This document shows positions 41,602-54,790 of a DNA stretch of 64,000 nucleotides, in pieces. The stretch lies in NCBI GenBank assembly GCA_951406725.2, contig OX597817.1, forward strand, positions 49,786,001-49,850,000, given 5' to 3'. Position 1 is the stretch's first letter. Each line of letters opens with the position of its first letter. Position numbers and translations under genes: made by a program. The stretch comes from Octopus vulgaris (lineage: Eukaryota). A model generated the notes under the pieces. The model saw only the letters and a program-made list of their open reading frames with translations, was not told where the DNA came from and made no database searches.

Positions 41602-42488
41602 TAGGGTGTTCCAGAAGTCTTGGACACATTTTGACATTGAATATCTCGAAAGCTATTAAGGACATAAAAACGCATCTGATATATTCTGAAAGCCTACAAT
41701 TTCAAGTTTTTTTTTATGGAATATTCAAAGATGTTCAATGTGAGCACCGTTGGTCACACGGCACACATCTAGCCAAACGCATTCCAGCATTGCGTTGTCA
41801 ATGGTTGCAACATCTTTCGTTATTCGGGCCTTCAGTTCATCCACGTCTTTTAGAAGGGGAGGCACATAGACCAGTCCTTTCACAGACCCCCACAAAAAGA
41901 AATTGCAGGGTGTGAAATCTGGAGACCTTGGGGACCAGGGCATGAGAACGCGATCATCTCACCCAGACCGTCCAGTCCATCTGTCTGGCAGTGTTGTGTT
42001 CAGATACTGTATAACCATGAGACTCCAGTGCGGTGGTGCCCCATCCTGTTGGAAAGCGAAGTCCCTACTGGCTCTTCTGATCGATTTACGGGTGTTCCGC
42101 TCGAAGGCAGTTCGAACTCGCTCAACCGTATCATCTGAAGTTGAAGGGCATCCCGTTCTCTTAGCTGGGCACAAACACCCATCCTTCATGAATTTACCAT
42201 GCCATCTTTATATGGACTTCCTTTCTGGTGCCTCTTCTTGGAATTTTGTGCGAAATGCACGTTGAAGAAGTGTCTATGATTCAGTTTTCGCAAATTCAAG
42301 GACGCAAAACGCCTTTTCTGGTTGAGTGAACACCATTACTGGATCTGAAAAATATGAAAAAAAATCATTAGCATTACAAAAAACTTAATGAATTTAGCTT
42401 TAAAATGGTATCAGTTTCATCTCACTACCAATCATAGTCTAGCAAATATGAGGACTTGAAATGTGCCCAAGACTTCTGGAACACCCTG
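41602..42488 (-). mobile_element. Internally deleted rosa/DD41D-like Tc1-mariner element
   Basis: TIRs (C/T)AGGGTGTTCCAGAAGTCTTGG, TA-flanked. Minus-strand HTH N-terminus (EKAFCVLEFAKTES...RKSIRRASR) is fused to FQQDGAPPH...RWTGR...WSPRSPDFTPCNFFLWG...NGAHIEHL. Confidence 0.88.
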
Positions 42489-42560
42489 TATATATATAGT
42501 ATATATATTGTTTCATTAGAAGAGATTAAGCGGAGCAGGAGCACACACGAGGGCAGAAAG

Positions 42561-42606
42561 TGTCCCTGAAGAGGTCACAGATGTGTGACGAAAGATTTCC
42601 GAATAA
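42561..42606 (+). ncRNA. Hammerhead-like motif with degenerate stem I
   Basis: CTGAAGA-G-GTCACA(GATG)TGTGAC-GAAA-GATT-TC, with a perfect 6-bp stem II. A related, more decayed copy lies at ~23496-23522. Confidence 0.45.
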
Positions 42607-42924
42607 TGGTCATGAGTTAAAATAGGAACAGTAATAAACGAGTAAATAACGTACATTATAGTGCGTTTGTTTATTTGGCAAAAAAAAAAAAATCCTCCCG
42701 AAAAATACAATATCTGATTGAAAATCTGTGAGCTAAATTGAACAGATCCGGTTGAGGTGGGGGTAAACATTTGAAAAGCATGAATTTACAAAAAAACAAA
42801 CAAAACAAAAAACAAAAACAAAAAGGAAAGAAAAAAGGAAAAGAAAATTTGAAAGTGTACCCCTAAGTGTTTTGGGTAATCCTTCAGAGATGGTTGCAAA
42901 ATGTGAAACTGTTTGTTCGGCAAA

Positions 42925-43456
42925 TCTATATATATAAAACTGTAGTTGTGTGAGTGTCTGTCCCCTTCGATTTAGATTCCTAACTCCTCCCACATTTTGC
43001 GGTGCAGTTTAACCAAATTCGGGTATCTTATAGTCGTAATTCATATCGAGCCCGTCTGGCTATTAGCGCGCGTCTACGATGAGTCTACGATTTTTTAAAT
43101 AATTTAACATCATTTTTTATTCCATTTTAATGCATAATTTTTCGTGTATCGATAGCGGCGGAGTTGGCGTCCACGGTCACACCTGCACCTGTTTGCTTCT
43201 CCCCCTTCTTCCCTCCCTCGTGAAGCTGTGGGGAAGGGAGTGTAAGGAAATCAACGTCGTAAAGCGTTGTCAAGGAGACCAGCGTTCTTTTAGAACAACG
43301 ACTTCATGGCTTGAAGACACTGAGTCAACGATTTAAAAAAAAAATTATCATAATTTTTTATTCCATTTTTAATGCATTTTTTTGCTATAACTCTCTAAAA
43401 ATGCTTATATAGTTATTTCCCTTACAAACACGAGCAACGCCGGGCGATACTGCTAG
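42925..43456 (+). mobile_element. Complete non-autonomous Helitron (532 bp)
   Basis: Inserted at A|T. 5' TCTATATATATAAAA; 3' GC-rich hairpin CGAGCAACGCCGGG followed by CTAG|T; no TSD. Confidence 0.85.
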
Positions 43457-43635
43457 TACTGTATAAAATTTTTATTTCTGAGTGGCTGTGTGGTAAGTAG
43501 CTTGCTTACGAACCACATGCTTCCAGGTTCAGTTCCACTGCATGGTACCTTGGGCAAATGTCTTCTACTATAGCCTCAGGCCGACCAAAGCCTTGAGAGT
43601 GGATATGGTAGACAGAAACTGAAAGAAGCCCGTCG

Positions 43636-43678
<43 letters not shown>

Positions 43679-44202
43679 GCATGTGTTTGTCCCCCTAGCA
43701 TTGCTTGACAACCGATGTTGGTGTGTTTATGCCACCGTAACTTAGAGGTTCGGCAAAAATAACCGATAGAATATGTACTATGCTTACAAAGAATAAGTCC
43801 TGGGGTCGATTTGTTCGACTAAATGCGGTGCTCCAGCATGACCACAGACACATGACTGAAACAAGTAAAAGAGTAAAAAGAGAGTTTAATTTTTGTAGTA
43901 AATGAGAAACACGGTCGTGGACACACACACACGCACGCACGAGCGCACAGACATACACACCACACGCGCACGCACATACACAAACCACACACACACACAC
44001 ACACAGTGTCCTTTCATTTGCAAGAACTACTTGAAGTGTGACACACACTCGAACGCACTCAGTAACATACACACACATGTAGATATACATACATATATCG
44101 ACATGTGTTATGTTTTCACGAATCGCTTATGTTTATGTATTTTGTGTCTGTATGTGTTTATGTGTATATATGTGTTTATGGGCATGTATGTGTATAAATA
44201 TG

Positions 44203-44447
44203 GGTACTATTTAAGAAGAGCGGTCCCGGTGCGCGCACTCGCGTACATGCGCATCCGCGCTAGCTAGTCATGATTAGTCGATCCTTTGTGTTTTTGTGTT
44301 TTATTTACTTTGTGTAAAAAATGATTTATTTTGTGTTTTATTTACTTTGCTAGGTAGTCGTTGTAGGATCGACTAGTCACGACTAGCTAGCGCGGATGCA
44401 CGAGTACGCGAGTGCGCACACCGGGACCACCCTTCTTAAATAGTACC
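44203..44447. mobile_element. Mutator-like MITE upstream of the GEX1-like gene
   Basis: ~83-bp GC-rich TIRs (GGTACTATTTAAGAAG...GATCCT). 9-bp TSD ATAAATATG / GTAAATATG (8 of 9 match). Confidence 0.8.
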
Positions 44448-44470
44448 GTAAATATGTATATATATATACA

Positions 44471-44541
<71 letters not shown>

Positions 44542-44999
44542 ATGTATGTATGTATGTATGTATGTATGTATGTATGTATGTATGTATTGCGCAAGCTGAA
44601 TAAGAAACTAAAGAAATAAAAATGTATTACGGAATTTGCCGAACAAATTAGTTTCACTTTTCTGAAACCGAAGGATTGCCGTGTTTTGAAATACCGGCTA
44701 TTATAAATTATAAAATGGATCCTTTAGAATTAACGAAAGGGATAAAAAAATTCCAAAGAAATTCCGTTTTATATGTGGCAGCAATTCCGAAATTTGCCGA
44801 ATCCAGAAAGATCAAAATTTAGACCAGAACATGTCTTGACATGCTTTTCTCATCTCGATACAGAAAATATGGGAAACATGGAGTTTCGTACAATTTCCTC
44901 GCCTTTTTAACGTGTTTCTTAATGTTTGGCATCAAGCAAATATATCTGATATAATAAATTTAAATTATAAATTGCAAAGACAATAAATTAACGTTATAA

Positions 45000-45175
45000 A
45001 TTCAAGTATTTTTAATTATATCGATCTTTAACTAAATTCACAAACCGGAAGAGGGATTCGTATCGTAGCATGTTTACGTTTTTCGTCTCCGACACGTAAC
45101 AATGGATCGGGCTTTGTTTTGTTGTATTTTAGTGTTTATATCTTAATTTATTGTTAATTAGCTTTAAGAATCATC
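45000..45175 (+). promoter_or_regulatory. Putative promoter/5' UTR of the GEX1-like gene
   Basis: Non-repetitive, CpG-retaining segment just upstream of the ATG. It contains an ETS-type ACCGGAAG at 45044-45051 and a short upstream ORF at 45102-45146. The TSS cannot be determined. Confidence 0.4.
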
Positions 45176-46063
45176 ATGTTTAATCTATATTTAATATTCA
45201 ACTGCCTTATATTGGTCCGCTGTTCTACTATCTTTGATAATGTCGATATATACCGTTTTAAAGAAGGCGAGCAGCATTATAATCTTCTCAATCAACGAAG
45301 TGCCCTCCCTGATTATGGTCGGTGTTGGACTAACACCATTGATTCGATTATTACCGGTTGTAAGAAAGTTACCGATAAGATCCAGACACGTCTATCACTT
45401 TTATACCTGAATTGTTTCCTCGAAGGGCAAAAACGCATGTATTACCCGTGTCCACCTGACCATCCCATCGATGTATGCACGCAGAACATGACCGAAGGGG
45501 ATCGAGCGAGCCTGGCCACTTTTTTCATTCATACTCAAAACATTTGTTATTTTCTGGAAATTAAATATTGGAACCAACACACGGAAAGGACGATCCGAAA
45601 ATTATCCGATACGTCTGAAGATATCGCTACCCAGTTAGAGCAATCGTTTAAACTCCAGAATGATATGGTAAAGAAACAGATCGAAACCGTAATCAATCAA
45701 AAAGAAATATTGGACCAGACAATCAATTTAAATGGGACAATATTTTCCACTTCTTCCAACATAGCTGAGACACTTCTGGAATTCCAACGTATAACGTTTG
45801 AACAGACCATTTCCACTAAAGATATCTTCTCACGGGTGGCCAAACTCAACAATGTATTTATCGAAGTAATATCCGATATTTATTCTGTCGTTTTCTACTT
45901 GTTCGTGTTTTTACTCTGTTATTTATCAACCTCCACGCCAAGAACTGCCAAAGCTCGGTTATCCTTGTTTGTCGTAATAATTTTTAATTTTGCCTCAGAA
46001 AAGCTTATGATTTATTACAAAAATTTACCCAACTCCGAAGGCATCATAAATGAAATCAATTTC
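45176..46063 (+). CDS. Exon 1 (codons 1-296) of a GEX1/Kar5/Brambleberry-family nuclear membrane fusion protein (471 aa in total)
   Basis: Non-repetitive ORF with a hydrophobic signal peptide (MFNLYLIFNCLILVRCS). It has a Cys-rich domain CW-x10-C-x17-C(NC)-x11-C-x8-C-x22-C (C50, C62, C80, C92, C101, C124) matching the GEX1/Kar5/Bmb CRD pattern, then a heptad-like lumenal region, TM1 (~235-251), a TSTPRTAKAR loop and TM2 (~262-281). Donor TTC|GTAAGT at 46063/46064, phase 0. Confidence 0.9.
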
Positions 46064-46164
46064 GTAAGTTAAAAATATATTTCAAAATAATATAAACTTC
46101 TTAAGCCATTTCACTTTCGTATTCAGATCTACTTCGTCTCCTCTTTCTCACTACATATCTATTG

Positions 46165-46196
<32 letters not shown>

Positions 46197-46265
46197 AGCT
46201 ATCTATCCATCTATCTAAAATAAAGGAATAGGGATTTTAAATCCGGGTAGGTACCTTACAAGTAC

Positions 46266-46535
46266 GGTACTCGCGCATCCGTGCTAGGTAGTCGATCCTA
46301 CAACGACTACCTAGCAAAGTTAATAAAACACAAAATAAAATAATTTTTTTTCCACGAAGTAAATCATTTTTTTAAAACAAAGTAGATAAAACAAAAACAC
46401 AAAGTAAATAATTTTTTTTAAACAAAGTAAAATAAAACAAAAATACAGAGTAAGGATCGACTAGTCACGACTAGCTAGCGCGGATGCGCGAGTACGCGAG
46501 TGCGCGCACCGGGACCACTCTTCTTAAGTAGTACC
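46266..46535. mobile_element. Mutator-like MITE (same family, opposite orientation) in intron 1
   Basis: Right TIR intact; left TIR deleted between GTACT microhomologies. 9-bp TSD TACAAGTAC / TACAAGTAG. Confidence 0.8.
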
Positions 46536-48409
46536 TACAAGTAGTCTAGTATAGTCCAGGTTCTGGCTAACCACATCGAATGATATGGAAAGACGAAAAA
46601 TTGTTTAAAGCAAACATTTACACGGTATTTCATTCCATAGGTAAATTATAAGTTCGCTTCCCAGGATTTTATACAATATATAGAGTGTATATTCAAGATA
46701 TTAAACATAAGAATTATACATCCTCGTTTTGACGGGGATTTTTCGAATTCATATTTTCACTGTACCTCTGGAAATGCTCAGGACAAAAAAATTTGCGCAA
46801 AATGAGGGACCATTTTTATTTCCACCCCCGCCCCATCTTCAGTAAAAAAAAAATAGAAAAAGTAAATATATTTAGATGAAAAGATATGATTTAAGGTAGA
46901 TTTGGCTGTTGTTTCTAGCATACCCATGACCAATATGGTTTAAGGTTACTCATTACTCTCTCTTTTACTTATTTCAGTCATTTGACTGTGGTCATGCTGG
47001 AGCACCGCCTTTAGTCTAGCAAATCGACCCCAGGACTTATTCTTTGTAAGCCGAGTACTTATTCTATCGGTCTCTTTTGCCGAACCGCTAAGTTACGGGG
47101 ACATAAACACACCAGCATCGGTTGTCAAGCAATGCTAGGGGAACAAACACTGACACACAAACATACACACACACACACATATATACATAAATATCATGGG
47201 CTTCTTTCAGTTTCCACTCACAAGGCTTTGATTGGCCCAAGGCTATAGTAGAAGACACTTGCCCCCAAGATGCCATGTAGTGGGACTGAACCCAGAACCA
47301 TGTGGTTGCGCCTTGATAAAAATTATAAATTTACAAAAAAGTTTTTTTTTTAATAGCATAAATGAGTTCATGCTATTAAAGGGGAGAAAATATTACAAAA
47401 CATTAATACTTGTCAGAATGATAAAGAAACAAGGAAGGTGGTCATGGGATATGCTAGAAACAACAGCCAAAGCTCCCTTTAATCACACACCTTTTCATCT
47501 GAAATATTTTTTTTCCTTACCGAAAAGGCTCCTATGGTTTTTAAGTCCGAAGTGTCCCCAAAAATCATCATACATAGTGCCCACAAAATTCGCAATTTTT
47601 TTTTTTTTTTGCTAAAACGATAGACCAGAGCATTTCCAAGAGCACCGTGAAATAAATCTGAAAAATCCCAGTCAAAACGGAGAAATTCCAACTTGTTAAT
47701 GCTTCCTAAGTCCGACACACACACCAAATTCTTTAATGAACTTAAACCACAGCCTCCTGGCTTGCCAGTTCACAGTCAAACCGTCCAACCCATGCCAGCA
47801 TGGAAAGCAGACGTTAAACGATTATGATGAGGATGGTGATGAAGTGACATTCAGCTGATGACCTTGCAACAAGCAAAGTAATTAGTTCTACAATCTCTAC
47901 AAGAGATGCAAATAGTAACTCAATTGAAACGTAACGGTTGTTACTACCTCAACGTGGTTGTCACATATGGAACAACGTTACTACTAATTTTTAACCTCCA
48001 GCTGGTTAATAACACAACCTTTGTCCAATATATTGCAAGCAGGTGAGTGAAACTCTCCCATCTAGTGGTTTGACAGGACCAGTAGACCAACTTGGTTTCA
48101 GGGGTTGCCCTAGCTGTGGTCTTCTTCCAATCACGACTCACACCATTAGCCACAGAGAATAATCTCTAATTCGAGCCTACTCTAAGCTACTAAGAATGCA
48201 TGCTGCAACTTGAAGATCCACCCACCACACGCGATAGACTGACGGTTTCACGGGTGCAAAAGCTATGCTGTTATCCTCACTCCGTAAACGGTGGCTTTTA
48301 ACGGGTGGAGAGCTGAACCATCCTGGCTTTAAGGGCATTGCAAAAGGCCTGGTTGGAGGCCCAACCTTCCAAGTTCTTTTGCAGGGCTTAGAAACACTGA
48401 AGGACTGTT

Positions 48410-49070
48410 TCAAGCAATGACAAGTGACCAAGACCTTTGTGCTTGAGAAGACCTGGCAAGCCAAGTGAGACCATAACTGTGGCCTATGCCAGTGCTGCAT
48501 AACCTGCCCATTTAAGAGTACCCTTCAATCATTGGACAATAAACTACGCTTGTGAAGATCTTTTGAGGCTAGTGAAATCGTTGTCGTGTAGCCATTGACA
48601 GTACTGCCTGATTGGCACATGTGCCAGTGGAACGTTAAAAGCACCATTTGAGCATGATTGTTGCCAGGTCTGCTGACTGGCTCCTGTGCCGGTGGCACGT
48701 AAAAAGCACCATTCAAGTGTGATCTTTGCCAGCGTTGCCTGACTGGCTCCTGTGCTGGTGGCATATAAAAAACACCATTTGAGCTTGATTGTTGCCAGTG
48801 CCGCTGGACTGGCTCCTGTGCAGTTGGCACATAAAAAGCACCATTTGAGTGTGGTTGATGCCAGTACTGCCTGACCGGCCCTCGTGCTGGTAGCATGTAA
48901 AAGAACCAAGTACGATCTCGGAGTGGTTGGTGTTAGGAAGGGCATCGAGCTGTAGAAACTTTGCCTGATCAGATTGGAGCTTGGTGCAGCCTTCTGGCTC
49001 GCCAACCCTCAGTCAAACCATCCAACCCATGCCAGCATGGAAAACAGATGTTAAATGATGATGATGATGG
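48410..49070 (+). mobile_element. Repeat family C with internal ~60-bp tandem units and a (GAT)n tail. Copies at 50585-50930, 53000-53610(-), 55850-56250, 57010-57300(-), 58730-59170(-)
   Basis: Repeated CTGGCTCCTGTGCCGGTGGCACGTAAAAAGCACCATT units, then GGAGTGGTTGGCGTTAGGAAGGGCATC...CCATGCCAGCATGGAAAGCGGACGTTAAACGATGATGAT. Confidence 0.75.
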
Positions 49071-51242
49071 GGTGGGATTATTTTGTGCTCATTGCAAATC
49101 TTGGCCCTTTTGGCATTACTGGGTGGGTTCTAGTAGTTCTTCACATGGTAGAAATAGCAGCTAAATCTCTCAAATTACACCTTACTTCTCCTGTATGTGT
49201 GAGCCATTGAAGGTGACCTCTATGTAGAAAATTGATATGTTAGAAATAGTTGGTAACTTAGCTTTTTATCACAACTTACTTCCTCTGTGTGTGTGTGTAT
49301 GTGTATTTATTTATGTGTATATATTTATTTATGTGTGTGTTTACTTATACGTTTATATGGGCCAATGCTGGAGTCACTATATGTTATCTCAATACTAGAT
49401 AAGCATATAAATCTCTTTCAAACTATATCCTGTTGACTTGCATATGCATATAGATGTATGCACACGCCAACAAAAGAGGTTGTAAATTGTTGCCAGATGT
49501 GGAAGAAGGAGTAACCGCTGAATTTCTGTCAAACTATAAGCTAGATCCTCCAAGACTTTATAATGGCCCAAAACTCATTATAAAAAGATATGAGCATCCA
49601 GCACATGGCTGCATGAACCATGAATGTTAAAAACCTGACACTTCAGTGGTTATGACGACAAGGGTCCCTGCTCATGAAATTCATGCACAAGTGGTTGAGA
49701 TCTCCACAGACATGTGTACTCTTAAAGTAGTTTTTAGGAAGTTTCAGCATGACACAGAAAGTGACAAAGCTGGTCCCTTTTGAATTACAGGTACCACTTA
49801 CATTTGCAAGCTGAGTGGACTAGAGCAACATGAAATAAAGTATCTTGCTCAAGGCCACAAGGCACTGCCAGAAATTGAACTCACAGCCTTATAATTGTGA
49901 TTTTGAGTACCCTAACCGCTAAGCTACATGCCTTCATAACTTGGACATCAAATAATGATGGTACCACTGCCTCCCCATCATCCATCCTATGTCCTGCATA
50001 CCACAATCAGGTCGGGAAAATTTTGCTAGGCATAATTGTTTCATGTTTATAACATCTCTGAAGTCAGTTGCTTTGCTGTTTGAGTTTAAACTATCATTCC
50101 TGACCATTAATACATCTCTGGTCACAATCAGGGGATTGCCGCATGACATCTTGATACGTTAACCGGGAAGCACCAAGTACATCTGTTAATTTTCCTGCTG
50201 GTGCCACATAAGAAGCACTGGTGCAGGTGCCACATAAGAAGCAACCAAAACACTCTGTGAAGTGGTTGGCATTACAAAGGACGTCGAACCCTAAAGGACA
50301 AAAGGCAAAGTTGACCTCAGTGAAATTTGAACTCAGAACATAGCAGCAGACGAAATACTTATTTCTTTACTACCCACAAGGGGCTAAACACAGAAGGGAC
50401 AAACAAGAACAGACAAATGAATTAAGTCGATTATATCGACCCCAGTGTGTAACTGGTACTTATTTAATTGACCCCGAAAGGATGAAAGGCAAAGTCGACA
50501 TTGGTGGAATTTGAACTCAGAACATGGCAGCAGACGAAATGCCACTAAAAATGTTACCCAGTGTGTTAACAATTCTGCCAGCTCGCCTGACTGGCTCCCT
50601 GTGCTGGTGGCATGTAAAAAGCATCATCCGAACATGGTTGATGCCAGCCTTCCTGCCCCGACTGGCTCCTGTACTGGAAGCACGTAAAAAGTACCATCCA
50701 AACGTGGTCGATGCCAGTGCCACTTGACTGGCTCTCATGCCGGTGGCACGTAAAAACCACTTACTATGCTCTCAGAGTGGTTGGCATTAGGAATGGCATC
50801 CAGCTGTAGAAACACTGCCAGATCAGATTGGAGCCTGGTGCGACCTCCTGGCTTGCCACTCCCCAGTCGAACCGTCCAACCCATGCCAGCATGGAAAACG
50901 GATATTATATGATGATGATGATGATGATGATGTCCAGCAGCAGTAGAAGCCATGCTAAAACAGACAGTGGACCCTGGTGCAGCTCTTGGCCTTGCCAACT
51001 CCTGTCCAAGTGTCCAGCATGGAAAACAGATGTCAAATAATAATCCTTCTACTAAAAGCCTGAAATTTTTTTTATTTGGGAGGTGGAGGGAGTAGTCGAT
51101 TACATCGACCCCAGTGTTTTACTGGTACTTAATTTATTGACCCTGAAAGGATGAAGGGCAAAGTCGAACATAGAGGCAGACGAAATACTGCTAAGCATTT
51201 TGCCCGGTGTGCTAACAATTCTGCCAGCTCACCATCTTAATA

Positions 51243-51301
<59 letters not shown>

Positions 51302-52083
51302 TGTTTCTACTGTTGGCACAAGGCCTTAAATTTTTGGGGAAGTGGGATAGTTGATTACATTGACCCCAGTGCGTAACTGGTACTTATTTACTCGCCCCCC
51401 CCCTCCCACCTCATGGTTCCAAGTTCAGTCCCACTGCGTGGCATCTTGGGCAGGTGTCTTCTACTATAGCCTCGGGCCGACCAAAGTCTTGTGAGTGGGT
51501 TTGGTAGACGGAAACTGAAAGAAGCCTGTCGCATATATGTATATGTATATATGTATGTGTGTGTATACCCCCCAACATCGCTTGACAACCGATGCTGGTG
51601 TGTTTATGTCCCCGTAATTTAGTGGTTCGGCAAAAGAGACTGATAGAATAAGTACTAGGCTTACAAAGAATTAACCCTGGGATCGATTTGCTTGACTAAA
51701 GGGTGATGCTCCAGCATGGCCACAGTCAAATGAATGAAACAAGTAAAAGAGAGTAAAAGATAAATATAGGTAAATCAGAACTGGAATTACATCTTTGCAA
51801 TATCAGGCTCTGACTTATTTCCTCTGAAGAATTCTCATTTTTATTGTTTTTTTAGGTCATTTACACAGCACAAAGATGTTGAGTAATGATTGGCTAAAAA
51901 TTTGCACAGCATATGACCTTGACTGAATTCTTAGGATTTTGACCCCTAAGCCTGCCAATTATCAGAATAGGCTTAAAATTCAAAACTGAGTACACGTACA
52001 TGATACATGATCGTATCAAAATGGCTGTCGTGTGCATGGCAACAAGAATCGCATAACAGAATGCATGGACACACTCACATATA

Positions 52084-52124
<41 letters not shown>

Positions 52125-53984
52125 GCGTTAATGTAGGCAAGATAAACTAATATTTGTGTGTCTGTGTGTTCGCCAGTGCTTACAGATGCAGCTTCTATTG
52201 CAGGCGAAAGCCTGTGTGTTTGTGTGTGCAATAGACGATGCATCTGCTAAATTATATATTTCACTTAAGATTTTCCTATTGGCTTCTAAGGTGCATGTTT
52301 TTCTTGTTCTGCACTGAGTGATCCCCGTGTCCTAAATTTCCTAGGTTTGTTTGTAAACATTACAATGAACGTTTTTTTTATACATCCTGTTATGATGGTG
52401 TGTCAAGCAAGACACCATCATACACATGGCTCCCCTCACACTTAACGGGTTAATGTTTCAAGATAAGCAAACTGCTTAACTGGCCATAATTTTATTTCGT
52501 ATTATTAGGTTACTGCCCGCTGGGGTGCAGGCATGGCTGTGTGGTTAAGAAGTTTGTTTCTCAACAGCAAGATTTCAGGTTCAGTCCCACTTATGAAACT
52601 TATGAAAACAAGCCATTTGTACTCAGAACCAGAGCTGGCTTCAGCAAGGTTGGTAATGAAAGGGTTAAACATAACAATAATGATGAAGATGATGGAGTGG
52701 CTGTGGGGTAAGTAGCTTGCTTACCAACCACATGGTTCCGGGTTCAGTCCCACTGCTTGTCACTTGGGCAAGTGTCTTCTGCTACAACCTCAGGCCGACC
52801 AAAGCAATCATCATCATCATCATCATCATCGTTTAACTCAAGAACACAACACACTACCTGGTCTGGGAATTGAAACCACAATCTCATGATAGTGATGGCA
52901 ACACCCTAACCACTAGTTCATATATTTATGATGGGATTCTTTCACTTTCCATCCACCAAATCCACTGACATTGAAATCGAAATCAGATTTGATGACAGCA
53001 CTGCATGACTGGCTTTCCATGCTGGCATGGGTTGGACAGTTTGACTGGGGACTGGTGAGCCAGATGGTTGTGCCAGGCTACGGTCTGATCTGGCAGTGTT
53101 TCTATAGTTGGGTACCCTTTCTAACACCAACCACTCTGAGAGTGTGGTGGGTGCTTTGCATGCCACCAGCACGAGGACCAGTCAAGCGGTACTGGCAACA
53201 GCCACACTGAAATGGTGTTTTTACATGTCACCTGCACAGGAGCCAGTCCAGCGGTGCTGGCAACGACATCGCTCAAATGTTGTTTCTTACGTATCACTGG
53301 CACAAGTGCCAGTAAGGCACTGCTGGTAACGATCACACTCGAATGGTGCTTTTTATGTGCCACCAGCACGGAAGCCAGTTTGTTGCTCTGGCAACGATCA
53401 CTCTTGGATGGTGCTCTTAGTGCTCCACTAGCACGGATGCTAGTCCTTCCAATATATATAGTATCTCATAAAAGATTTTATCACACAAGGTGATGCTGGT
53501 AACGATCATGCTCGAATGGTGCTTTTTACGTGCCACCAGCACAAGGGCCAGTCAGCGACCCTGGCAATGATCATGCTCAGATGGTGCTCTAAGTGTTCCA
53601 CTAGTACGGATGTCAGTCATGCGGTGCTGTCTTCAAACACCTGGTTTCTTTCTTCCCACAAAGCTTTGATTGGCACAGAGCTATAATCGAAGACACTTTC
53701 CCAGGGATCCACACAGTGAGACTGAACCCAGATCCATGTGGTTGGAAAACAAACATTTTACCACACAACCACAAACATACATATGCATGACACTGCATAA
53801 AAGTAATAAACAAAAGGCACTCTCACACAAGCTTTGTCATTCATTACCAATGTCTGATTGTGAGGAAAATATTGCCTGGCTTCGAAAAATGCGAGGGTTG
53901 GTGACAGGTAGGTCATCCAGCTGTAGAAAACTTACCTCAACAAATTTTACCTGGCCCATACAAGTGTGAAAAAGTGGACATTAA

Positions 53985-54207
53985 CCTTTTCATTACTGTA
54001 TTTATTTTGAGATGCTCTGTGTTTCTTTCAATTAATTTTAAATATAACAACGAATTTAGTAAAATAACTTAGTTATCATTAAGCTAGTGTTAGGAACATA
54101 AATTGTGACGAAGGTTTGGTGGAAAGTTTTAATTCAAAACTTATGAAAACAAGAATATTTGTACTACAGAACCAGAGCTGGCTTCAGCCAGGTTGGTAAC
54201 AAAAGGG
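53985..54207. mobile_element. piggyBac-like MITE
   Basis: TTAA on both sides. TIR CC(C)TTTC(G/A)TTAC / GTAACAAAAGGG. Reverse complement of 62328-62547. Confidence 0.8.
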
Positions 54208-54790
54208 TTAAAGATAACAATAATGATGAAGATGATGGAGTGGCTGTGTGGTAAGTAGCTTGCTTACCAACCACATGGTTCTTGGTTCAGTCCCACTGCA
54301 TGGCACCTTGGGCAAGTGTCTTCTCCTATAGGCTCGGGCCGACCAAAGCCTTGTGAGTGGATTTGGGAGACGGAAACTGAAAGAAGCCCGTCATATATAT
54401 GTATATATATATGTATGCATGTATGTTTGTGTGTGTTTATGTGTCTGTGTTTGTCCCCACCAACATCGCTTGACAACCGATGCTGGTGTGTCTACGTTCC
54501 CGTAACTTAGCAATTCGGCAAAAGAGACTGATAGAATAAGTACTAGGCTTAACAAAGAATAAGTCCTGGTGGTCGATTTGCTCGACTAAAGGCGGTGCTC
54601 CAGCATGGCCGCAGTCAAATGACTGAAACAAGTAAAAGAGAGAGAGTAAAGAGTAAGAGTAAAGATTCTTGTGTTTTATGAAAGAATTAAACCTAACTAT
54701 TGCAAGTACATGAATAACTTTGTCGATTCTGTTATCTCCAGAATCTTTCAGTCTTGTTCTTCATTTCTTTTTTGCTTCTGTTTCCTTTAG

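Noticed and set aside
45176-46072. Single-exon 298-aa gene as in the ORF track
   Set aside because: The last codons (GTA AGT TAA) are a consensus splice donor, and in-phase downstream exons supply TM3 and the tail.
44203-46535. A single composite Pack-MULE that delivered exon 1
   Set aside because: Each MITE has its own TSD, the outer flanks do not match each other, and exon 1 splices to ordinary downstream exons.
51940-52453. Additional piggyBac-like MITE
   Set aside because: The right end CTTAACGGG-TTAA is suggestive, but the left end matches poorly and there is no second copy in the window.
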